Shown: piece by piece, positions 24,860-32,000 of the stretch | How the letters are laid out: each line of letters starts with the position of its first letter | Numbering within the stretch: the first letter of the stretch is position 1 | Source of the DNA: Ruminococcus albus 7 = DSM 20455 | GTDB lineage: Bacteria; Bacillota; Clostridia; Oscillospirales; Ruminococcaceae | Assembly: GCF_000179635.2 (NCBI RefSeq) | Contig: NC_014833.1 | Span: forward strand, 2,820,001-2,852,000 | Reading direction: 5' to 3' | DNA length: 32,000 nucleotides | The notes under the pieces: model-generated | Databases searched by the model: none | What the model was told of the DNA's origin: nothing | Seen by the model: the letters and a program-made list of their open reading frames with translations, nothing else | Made by a program: the position numbers and the translations under genes

Positions 24860-25173
24860 AATTCTTTGACCAGTGCCAGGAGAACTTCAGGAGAAATATC
24901 TGTTGGCAGAGATATCTGCAAACCGTTTTTCTCGATACGGATATTCTCACTTGAACGTGGCAACGGTACCGGGACGACAGTCGGAGATTTCTCCATATAC
25001 TGCTCCCGAACTTTTCTTAAGCGGTTGTAATACGTGTTGGGCTTGATCCCTTTTTCTTTGCACCATTCCCGGATCGTCAGACCGCTTGCCTGCTGCGCTT
25101 CGATCTGTGCAGTCCATTCTTGCAGACGTACTTCCTGCTTTATTGTTGTGATGCTTGTCGTATTTGACTGCAT
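24853..25173 (-). CDS. tnpA: IS66 family TnpA (orf1), HTH protein
   Basis: ASGLTIREWCKEKGIKPNTYYNRLRKV is the HTH. I preferred the ATG at 25173 over the TTG at 25185, which abuts the GGAG. Confidence 0.8.
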   Translation of the reverse strand: MQSNTTSITTIKQEVRLQEWTAQIEAQQASGLTIREWCKEKGIKPNTYYNRLRKVREQYMEKSPTVVPVPLPRSSENIRIEKNGLQISLPTDISPEVLLALVKELC

Positions 25174-25382
25174 ATATTTCACCAACTCCTATCTGTCTAA
25201 TATACTCCAATTAACTCCATGGACCAATTTGGATTGTCCAATTTACTTCATGGTGTTCCTTGGAGTTTATTATACTTCATTAGACTTCGGTGGGGTAGGT
25301 GCGGAGGGTTATACGCTTACCCTCATAGGACTGTTTATAAGTCTTATGAGAGATTTTCTTATAAAACTGAACTATTCAATTA

Positions 25383-26405
25383 CATGGTTATCCCTTTAAC
25401 ACACCACAGATAATTTACAATGCTGTCCAAATAAACAGACCTCAAAACTCAGAAAATATAGTATAATAGTGACAGAAACCGAAGGGAGCTGTCGCTATGT
25501 CAAAAAGATTTCCGAAACCTGAGATCACACTTGATGGGATATACTCAAAGTTCGCAGATGAAAGCTTTTGCAAGGATTTTCTGCTTGATATCCGCTTTGA
25601 AAAGGGTTTTGCCTGCCCGTTTTGCGGTGGCTCTGAGTACCGCAGGATAAGGTCACGCCATCTGCTGCGATGCAAGTTCTGTAAAGCAGATATATCCGCC
25701 ACAAACGGAACTTTTATGCACAGAACACATATTCCGCTCAGACTGTGGATAGTCACCGCATTCCTCATTATGAGCAACAAATGCAGCGTTTCTGCTGTTA
25801 CGCTGATGAGGTCTTTGGGGGTGACCTACAAGACTGCATGGTACATCCTTCATCGCATCAGAAAAGCTATGAAATGCCGTGAAGAACGCTATTTGCTTGA
25901 CGGGATCGTTGAACTTGATGACACGTATCTCGGTGCTCCGACTCACGGTAAAAAGCGTGGCAGAGGAACTGAAAAAGTCAAGATGATAGTAGCTTTGTCA
26001 AAGAACGCAGCAGGAAATCCCGAGTACGTTAAAATGAGCGATGTGCCGAATTTAAAGGGTATAACTGTTGGTAGATTTGCCAGGGATAATATCCGCGCAG
26101 GCTCGAAGATCGAGAGTGATAATGCTCGAAGTTACAAGAAACCGTTGGCACAGAAATACTTCCATGTTTTTGAAACATATGATCCGACAAGCGGTCAGCT
26201 GAACTGGATGCATAAAGTTATATCAAACTTCAAAGCAATGATCATGGGAACTTACCACGGAAACGAAAAGATCCACACAGCGTTATATGCTGCCGAATAC
26301 TGCTACAAATTCAACCGTCGTAAGCTGGGAAACAGTGCGTATTTAAGGCTTTTGGCTGCTTTGGTGCAGTGATCTTACTTGTGGTGTGTTAAAGGGATAA
26401 CCATA
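25383..26405 (+). mobile_element. IS1595-family insertion sequence, copy 2 (1023 bp)
   Basis: Same 24-bp IRs as copy 1. It has its own 8-bp TSD TTCAATTA at 25375-25382 and 26406-26413. All ORF translations are identical to copy 1. Confidence 0.9.
25497..26372 (+). CDS. IS1595-family transposase
   Basis: The 291-aa translation is identical to that of 8974..9849. Confidence 0.9.
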   Translation: MSKRFPKPEITLDGIYSKFADESFCKDFLLDIRFEKGFACPFCGGSEYRRIRSRHLLRCKFCKADISATNGTFMHRTHIPLRLWIVTAFLIMSNKCSVSAVTLMRSLGVTYKTAWYILHRIRKAMKCREERYLLDGIVELDDTYLGAPTHGKKRGRGTEKVKMIVALSKNAAGNPEYVKMSDVPNLKGITVGRFARDNIRAGSKIESDNARSYKKPLAQKYFHVFETYDPTSGQLNWMHKVISNFKAMIMGTYHGNEKIHTALYAAEYCYKFNRRKLGNSAYLRLLAALVQ

Positions 26406-26519
26406 TTCAATTATGAAATCGGGCGATTTAAGCTTGCTGCAAGCAGAAGTTTTTTCTGGTACGCCTCGAAGTCGTTTAAGGTTTCCTTCAGGGTATCCGC
26501 TCTGCCGGAGGTAATGCAA

Positions 26520-26696
26520 TCAGAAATATATGAAAAAGCATAACTGTTCCGGTAACTGATTGGAAGCCAACTCCTGCACATTAACGTGCGTATAGACTTT
26601 CTCATTCAGCAACATAGCACCGGAATGACCGACGATCTTCTTTATCAGCGTAGGCGATACCTCTTTCTCGGTCATCATCGAGATACAGGTGTGACG
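26520..26696 (-). pseudogene. 3' remnant (last ~58 codons) of a second, unrelated tyrosine integrase
   Basis: The translation RHTCISMMTEKEVSPTLIKKIVGHSGAMLLNEKVYTHVNVQELASNQL carries the HxxR...GH...Y end of the catalytic domain. There is no upstream coding continuation: an in-frame stop lies at 26715-26717. Confidence 0.6.
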
Positions 26697-26731
26697 GTTA
26701 TTTTTATGTTTTTTTCAGCATAATTATCCAC

Positions 26732-26760
26732 TTGAAATCGGAGACTTCATGTGATATAAT
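26732..26760 (+). promoter_or_regulatory. Promoter of the panBCD operon
   Basis: TTGAAA (26732-26737), a 17-nt spacer, then TGaTATAAT (26752-26760). Confidence 0.6.
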
Positions 26761-26847
26761 ATTATTTGCAGGCTTTTTCCTGTTGATGTATCTTATCCGT
26801 GTATGCGGAAAGGTAACATAATTATAAGTATAAGGAGATATATGCTT

Positions 26848-27687
26848 ATGAAAAACACTGTTTCAACCCTACTTAAGCAGAAGCAATCGGGTGAAAAGAT
26901 CACGATGCTTACTGCTTATGACTACACTACCGCACGTATTATTGATGAGTGCGGTGTAAACTCCATACTGGTCGGAGATTCACTCGGAATGGTTATGCTT
27001 GGGTATGAGAATACTCTCCCTGTCACTATGGAGGATATGATACACCATACCCGCGCTGTGGCAAGAGGTGCTGAAAATGCCTTTGTTGTTGCCGATATGC
27101 CGTTTATGTCATATCAGGCGAGCGTCAGGGAGGCTGTTCTCAATGCAGGCAGACTTATCAAAGAAGGCGGCGCAAACGCAGTAAAGCTTGAGGGCGGTGC
27201 TGAGGTCTGCGAGCAGATACGGGCTATCGTGAATGCTTCTATTCCCGTTGTGGCGCATCTTGGACTTACTCCGCAGTCTGTCAATGTTTTCGGCGGATTC
27301 AAGGTGCAGGGCAAAAGCATCGACAAAGCAAAGAAGCTCATAGAAGATGCACTGAAGATACAGGAAGCCGGTGCTTGTGCGGTGACCCTTGAAGGCATAC
27401 CTGCAAAGCTGGCTGAGATAATTACCTCAAAGCTGTATATCCCCACCATAGGTATCGGTGCGGGCAACGGCTGTGACGGTCAGGTGCTGGTATATCATGA
27501 TATGCTGGGACTGACTGTCGGTCATACTCCGAAATTTGCAAAACGCTTTGCCGATATAGGCGAGCTTATGCGCAAAGGAATTACGGACTATATCACCGAG
27601 GTTAAGAATGGTACATTCCCCTCAGAGGAACATACTTATTCGATAGATGAAGATGTGATAAATGAAATAGCAAAGGAGTATGAGTAA
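26848..27687 (+). CDS. panB: 3-methyl-2-oxobutanoate hydroxymethyltransferase
   Basis: ITMLTAYDY...[13 protein letters not shown]...[10 protein letters not shown]...KLEGG is the canonical PanB pattern. The ATG at 26848 lies 9 nt after AAGGAGA (26842 is an alternative). Confidence 0.95.
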   Translation: MKNTVSTLLKQKQSGEKITMLTAYDYTTARIIDECGVNSILVGDSLGMVMLGYENTLPVTMEDMIHHTRAVARGAENAFVVADMPFMSYQASVREAVLNAGRLIKEGGANAVKLEGGAEVCEQIRAIVNASIPVVAHLGLTPQSVNVFGGFKVQGKSIDKAKKLIEDALKIQEAGACAVTLEGIPAKLAEIITSKLYIPTIGIGAGNGCDGQVLVYHDMLGLTVGHTPKFAKRFADIGELMRKGITDYITEVKNGTFPSEEHTYSIDEDVINEIAKEYE

Positions 27688-27688
27688 A

Positions 27689-28537
27689 ATGAAGATAGTT
27701 AAGACTATAGATGAAGTACGCAGACAGGTAAAGGAATGGAAATCACAGGGACTGAGCGTTGGACTTGTACCTACAATGGGATATCTCCATGAGGGTCATG
27801 CAAGCCTTATAGATGCTTCTCACCGCGATAATGACAGGACGGTAGTATCCGATTTTGTCAATCCCATGCAGTTCGGACCGACCGAGGATCTTGAAAGCTA
27901 TCCCCGTGATATCGACCGTGATGCAGCCCTTGTTGAAGAACACGGCGGTGATATCATATTCAATCCAGAGCCAAGCGAGATGTATCACGAAGGATTTTCT
28001 TCCTTTGTTGATATGGATGTGCTGACAAAGGAACTCTGCGGACTCAGCCGACCTGTACATTTCAGGGGAGTTTGCACTGTAGTATCAAAGCTTTTCAATA
28101 TAGTTCAGCCCGATAAAGCATACTTCGGCAAAAAGGATGCTCAGCAGCTGGCGGTCATAAAGCATATGGTCGATGACCTGAATATGGATATCGAGATAAT
28201 CGGCTGCCCCATAGTGCGAGAGGAAGACGGTCTGGCAAAAAGTTCGCGCAACACATATCTAAGCGCTGAGGAAAGAAAGGCTGCTCTTGTTCTTTCGCAG
28301 GCGATAAATATAGGTATGGATATGGTAAGAAACGGTGTTACCGATTGCAGTAAGATCACCGATGCGATGAAAGCGCATATCAGCGCCGAACCCCTCGCAA
28401 AGATAGATTATGTAAAGATAGTTGACCTTGCAACTATGCAGCAGATACCCGCTATAGACCGTCCTGCACTTTGCGCAATAGCGGTATATATCGGCAGTAC
28501 CCGTCTTATAGATAACTTCTTTACCGAAGATATTTAA
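27689..28537 (+). CDS. panC: Pantoate--beta-alanine ligase
   Basis: [18 protein letters not shown]...NPMQFGP...FGKKDAQQL. The ATG at 27689 lies 11 nt after AAGGAG. Confidence 0.95.
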   Translation: MKIVKTIDEVRRQVKEWKSQGLSVGLVPTMGYLHEGHASLIDASHRDNDRTVVSDFVNPMQFGPTEDLESYPRDIDRDAALVEEHGGDIIFNPEPSEMYHEGFSSFVDMDVLTKELCGLSRPVHFRGVCTVVSKLFNIVQPDKAYFGKKDAQQLAVIKHMVDDLNMDIEIIGCPIVREEDGLAKSSRNTYLSAEERKAALVLSQAINIGMDMVRNGVTDCSKITDAMKAHISAEPLAKIDYVKIVDLATMQQIPAIDRPALCAIAVYIGSTRLIDNFFTEDI

Positions 28538-28547
28538 GGAGAGCAGC

Positions 28548-28934
28548 ATGAAACTATCTATACTTAAAAGCAAGATACACCGAGCTGTCATCACTCAGGC
28601 TGAACTTAACTATGTGGGTAGCGTCACCATAGACGAGGATCTGATAGATGCGGCAGGTCTTTATGAGTATGAACACGTACATATCGTTAATGTAAACAGC
28701 GGAAGCCGCATTGAAACATACGTCATCGCAGGTGAACGTGGCAGCGGTATGATATGCCTCAACGGTGCTGCTGCAAGGGCAGGTCAGGCAGGCGACCCTG
28801 TAATAATAATGTCATACGCCGATATGACTCCCGAGGAATTAAAGAACTTTGCACCTAAGGTAGTATTCGTTGATGATAAAAACAAGGCTGTACGTGTGGC
28901 AAGCTACGAAAAACACGGTGAGCTGAGCGTCTGA
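28548..28934 (+). CDS. panD: Aspartate 1-decarboxylase
   Basis: [29 protein letters not shown] contains the self-processing Gly-Ser site, followed by LNGAAAR. Confidence 0.95.
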   Translation: MKLSILKSKIHRAVITQAELNYVGSVTIDEDLIDAAGLYEYEHVHIVNVNSGSRIETYVIAGERGSGMICLNGAAARAGQAGDPVIIMSYADMTPEELKNFAPKVVFVDDKNKAVRVASYEKHGELSV

Positions 28935-28987
28935 TCCATAACTTTGATAGTGTAAAGACAGGTATTTAAAATAATAAACAGGATACC

Positions 28988-29029
28988 GACCGCAGGATGA
29001 TCTTTCTGAGTAAAGTTCATTCTGCGGTC
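28988..29029 (+). terminator. Possible panD terminator (long-loop hairpin)
   Basis: 8-bp stem gaccgcag / ctgcggtc with a 26-nt loop, followed by tgtttgttg. The shape is weak. Confidence 0.3.
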
Positions 29030-29040
29030 TGTTTGTTGCA

Positions 29041-29085
29041 AAGAAATATAAAATACCGGCAGTCCACGTAGAAACTGTCGGTATT
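29041..29085 (-). terminator. Intrinsic terminator of gene 29106..30767
   Basis: 12-bp stem aataccggcagt / actgtcggtatt (one G-T pair). On the minus strand it is followed by ttatatttctt. Confidence 0.5.
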
Positions 29086-29105
29086 TCAATGTTATTTAGT
29101 TTGTA

Positions 29106-30767
29106 TCAGTTTACTGAAACCGTAACAGCGTGCGCAGGAGCCTGTGCAGTCACCCATTTGCCGTTTATCTTGGCTACAACAACTGTACTGTAATAGCCGC
29201 CGCTTATCTTGGGCGATGTATAAGTGTACACGCTGCTGTCAAGCTGCTTTACTATCTGCCACTTGTTTGCCTGATATAAAGCTATAGAATATTTCTCCGC
29301 GCCGGGAACTGCTTCCCACTTGTAGCCTATCTTTCCGTTTATAACTTGTGTCCTGAATTTTGGATAGTAAGACACTATTTTCGGGGTCACTGTTACAGCA
29401 TTTGAGAAGTCCTTTATCCACTGTCCGCCTGCCTTAGCAACAACGGCTACTTTGTAGCTTGTGCCTGCTTTCAGGTTTTTAAGTACATAAGATGTTCCCT
29501 TGCCGTGATCGAGAAGCTTCCATTTGCCGCCTGTGTATCCTGCAACACCGTATTCATCGACACCTTCAACTTCTGTCCAGCTGAGCTTTACTGCGCCGTC
29601 ACATTTTTCATAGGATATAGCAGGTGCGGTGTAAGTCAGTTTTGGCAGAGCTACAATACAGTTGTTCTCCCATGACTCGCCGTCGATGATCACTGTCCCA
29701 ACATAGCTAATAAAGCCTGTTCCGGTATAGGTAGCTGGGTATACTTGTTTTTTCGTAACTACAGCATCTTCATCAATAACCTTAGCACCGCATCTATTGC
29801 ACTTCACGGTAAGGTGGGCTGAAGTATGGTCATCACTCCATGTCCATACAGGTTTGTCAAAGTCGTGACCGAGCGCTTTGACAATTGTATCCTCATAGCT
29901 GATCTCGTTCTCGCACTTTTCGTCGGAATAGTATTTGTTACTGAACGTATTGTACCAGTATTCGATATTACCGTCCTTGGTGCAGGTAGGTTCATTGGCT
30001 ATATAATGTATGGTCCTGTTGAATTCGCTGATATTACCGAAATCTATTTTCAGCGATGTGCTAAGCTGTGCATTTCCATTGAAATCTTCATAAACGATCA
30101 TTATACTGTAACTTGGTTCTGCACCCGGATAAACAACTGTTGATTTACAAAGGAGCATATGGTTCATGCCGGCTACCAGCTGACTTCCGAGATAAGCTAT
30201 CGGACGGACATCTACACCTACACGACCGTCCATCGCCTTATTGAAAGCCGCAAGAACATCTTCATGGGCTGAAAGCGAAGTATCGCCGTCATTGACAGAG
30301 TAGCCGCCGGTTGCACCTTCACTTGGGCTGTTCAATACCGTTGTTCTGCCGATGAATTCCGCATCGCCCTTGAGATCCTCATAGATGTATACAAGCTGAT
30401 AAGAGGGCTTTGCCTTCGGTGCGACAGGCTTGACTTTGCATAACATACAGTAATTTGTTCCCGCAACGCACTGCCTTGCAAGTACTGCAACAGGGGTGTA
30501 AGCAACTCCGTCGAGATATTTTAGCGCATTATCCAGTGCGGCAACAGCATCGGGATTGCTTTCAGGTGAAGTATCTCCCCTTACGACCTCCCAGCCGCCT
30601 GCGACCTGCTCCGAAGCTTCGTGATATCCGTAACTTTCTCCTTTATCCTCTGCATTTGCTGCCAAAGCAGGCAGACAGCCTGCCATGCACATAACAGCGG
30701 TCATACCCGCTAGTGTACGCTTAATAACGTTGTGTTTCTTTTCCACTCTGATTACCTCCGTTTTCAA
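29106..30767 (-). CDS. Secreted/cell-surface protein: signal peptide, two cystatin-like repeats (QxVxG), a Cys-rich linker and two FN3-like repeats
   Basis: 553 aa. The N-terminal region has a hydrophobic stretch and ALAANA. Internal repeats contain RQCVAGTNYCMLCK and SQLVAGMNHMLLCK. The C-terminal repeats (VKLSWTEVEGVDEYGV / IGYKWEAVPGAEKYSI) are FN3-like. Confidence 0.8.
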   Translation of the reverse strand: MKTEVIRVEKKHNVIKRTLAGMTAVMCMAGCLPALAANAEDKGESYGYHEASEQVAGGWEVVRGDTSPESNPDAVAALDNALKYLDGVAYTPVAVLARQCVAGTNYCMLCKVKPVAPKAKPSYQLVYIYEDLKGDAEFIGRTTVLNSPSEGATGGYSVNDGDTSLSAHEDVLAAFNKAMDGRVGVDVRPIAYLGSQLVAGMNHMLLCKSTVVYPGAEPSYSIMIVYEDFNGNAQLSTSLKIDFGNISEFNRTIHYIANEPTCTKDGNIEYWYNTFSNKYYSDEKCENEISYEDTIVKALGHDFDKPVWTWSDDHTSAHLTVKCNRCGAKVIDEDAVVTKKQVYPATYTGTGFISYVGTVIIDGESWENNCIVALPKLTYTAPAISYEKCDGAVKLSWTEVEGVDEYGVAGYTGGKWKLLDHGKGTSYVLKNLKAGTSYKVAVVAKAGGQWIKDFSNAVTVTPKIVSYYPKFRTQVINGKIGYKWEAVPGAEKYSIALYQANKWQIVKQLDSSVYTYTSPKISGGYYSTVVVAKINGKWVTAQAPAHAVTVSVN

Positions 30768-31052
30768 TTGATCTTTTTACTACACCATAATACTGTCAGT
30801 TTGTTCATCTGACACTGATCATTATATTACAATTTTTCAAACTACGCAAGCAGTTCGGCAGATTTTTTGATTATATCGGTAATAATTTGTGGAAAATAAA
30901 CATTCAGTATAGAATAAGTTAGGAAAAGGTGACGAGTGTACACAGCAGCGAAAAGCCTTATATTTCCAGCATTTTTGATAACAGCAGACTTGCCGTCATG
31001 AAATATAATATATGAGTACACGTCCATTGTATCCTTGGTGTCTTTCAGTTAC

Positions 31053-31829
31053 CTATACATTATTTTTACGGTATTTTGACGGTGATACGCAGGCATATTT
31101 CTGGAATACTTTTGAGAAATAAGAATAGTCTGGATATCCGCATTTTTCAGATACCTCGATAACAGAAAGGTCAGTAGTGGTAAGCAGCTGTTTTGCATAT
31201 TCCATACGGCTGGTGAGTATATCCTTGGTACAGGGGATGCCGTAGCGCTGCTTGTAAAGACGCTGAAAATGAGATACGGACAAATTCAGCTTCTGTGCTG
31301 CCTGTGGTATGTTCCAATCTGCAGAAGGATCATCATATATCGCCTTGCGGATATTCTCCAGTTCGCTTTCGTACTGGGTATGACTGCACTTGTCATCAGG
31401 ATTTGAACTGCTCTTTATCTGCATGAATATAGCTTTCATAAGATACCTTAGGGTAGCATCCTTTTCGGTATCATCAGATCCAAACACATCAACACATATC
31501 CTGATAAGCTCGGAAACAACATCGCTGTTCAGATGTATTGGAGAATTTCGCACTATACCAAGGGAATCTATAAATTCGGAATCATCATCCTCAAGGTCGA
31601 ACCTTATCCAGTCATCAACATACTCCTCCCCTTCACCGTACAGTGCATGGGGATAGCAGCTTTCAACTACAAAAATAGTATTATTATCCACATTGTAGAT
31701 ATTGCTGCCCATACCTATGCGCGCCTTTGAACGCAAAAGAAGTATCTGCATACCGTGTATGCCGTTGGGTCTGTCCTTATAGAAGTCAGCAGGATGCTTG
31801 CTATGCCAGCCTAACATATATGCTTTCAT
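31053..31829 (-). CDS. AraC-family transcriptional regulator
   Basis: 258 aa. The C-terminal double HTH is AAQKLNLSVSHFQRLYKQRYG...VSEKCGYPDYSYFSKVFQKYACVSPSKYR. Confidence 0.9.
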   Translation of the reverse strand: MKAYMLGWHSKHPADFYKDRPNGIHGMQILLLRSKARIGMGSNIYNVDNNTIFVVESCYPHALYGEGEEYVDDWIRFDLEDDDSEFIDSLGIVRNSPIHLNSDVVSELIRICVDVFGSDDTEKDATLRYLMKAIFMQIKSSSNPDDKCSHTQYESELENIRKAIYDDPSADWNIPQAAQKLNLSVSHFQRLYKQRYGIPCTKDILTSRMEYAKQLLTTTDLSVIEVSEKCGYPDYSYFSKVFQKYACVSPSKYRKNNV

Positions 31830-32000
31830 AATGTACCCACCTTTTAGATATCATAGTGTTATTCTTTAATAACTTATATTTTTTGAACTTCTTCCCTATA
31901 GGGTATATCAATCGTCAACATTATTATATAATATCCTCCCCTGCAATGTCATTAACTTTTTGCAACAAAATGACAAATTTTTGATAGATTTCTACATTGA

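Larger units (their letters stand above)
15708..25320 (-). mobile_element. IS66-family element (about 2.77 kb without its nested inserts), inactivated
   Basis: Ends are GTAACCGTCAAATACCCTGCACC (15708...) and the reverse complement GTAAGCGTATAACCCTCCGCACC (...25320). 8-bp TSD CCTCATAG at 15700-15707 and 25321-25328. Gene order is tnpA-tnpB-tnpC on the minus strand. Confidence 0.85.

Noticed and set aside
8860-26405. Composite transposon bounded by the two IS1595 copies
   Set aside because: Each copy is flanked by its own matching 8-bp duplication (TTATACAA and TTCAATTA). A composite transposition would put one duplication on the outer flanks only.
26411-26605. 64-aa minus-strand ORF next to IS1595 copy 2
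   Set aside because: It is out of frame with the recognisable integrase remnant that occupies the same DNA. It has no RBS and is most likely a by-product of the degraded gene.
30842-31027. 61-aa ORF between the secreted-protein gene and the AraC gene
   Set aside because: It has no RBS or motif and lies in an AT-rich intergenic region that probably holds the promoter of gene 29106..30767.

Overview
Mosaic accessory region of a low/mid-GC, Gram-positive-type (Clostridia-like) genome, next to the core panBCD operon. No rRNA, tRNA or CRISPR array was recognised. All family assignments come from motif reading only, with no database search.

Left to right:
- 1-698: 3' part of a DUF1524/GmrSD-like gene.
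- About 827-15534: a ~14.7-kb integrative mobilizable element. Its backbone has a tyrosine integrase, MobV relaxase, CHC2 primase-like protein, DUF3987 protein, two paralogous excisionase-type HTH genes and a TnpV-like gene.
- The element's cargo is a defence cluster in two parts. One is a tightly coupled minus-strand operon (12531 down to 7811): HTH-m5C methyltransferase -> Eco47II-like endonuclease -> TIR/SEFIR-like protein -> TIGR02391/HEPN protein. The other is divergent: a 34-aa peptide, an intrinsic terminator and a 518-aa AT-rich protein with an Rx4H motif.
- The TIR gene is split by a 1023-bp IS1595-family element (8860-9882). An apparently identical second copy lies at 25383-26405.
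- Between the two copies is a set of nested, inactivated mobile elements. An IS66-family element (15708-25320) is interrupted in tnpC by an IS21-family element (17427-24259). That element is interrupted in istA by a 3.45-kb three-tyrosine-recombinase (RIT-like) element (18229-21678) and in istB by a 401-bp IS66-derived MITE (23078-23478). Every junction can be read directly from target duplications and in-frame gene reconstruction.
- To the right: an integrase 3' remnant (26520-26696), panB-panC-panD, a secreted protein with two cystatin-like QxVxG repeats, and an AraC-family regulator.
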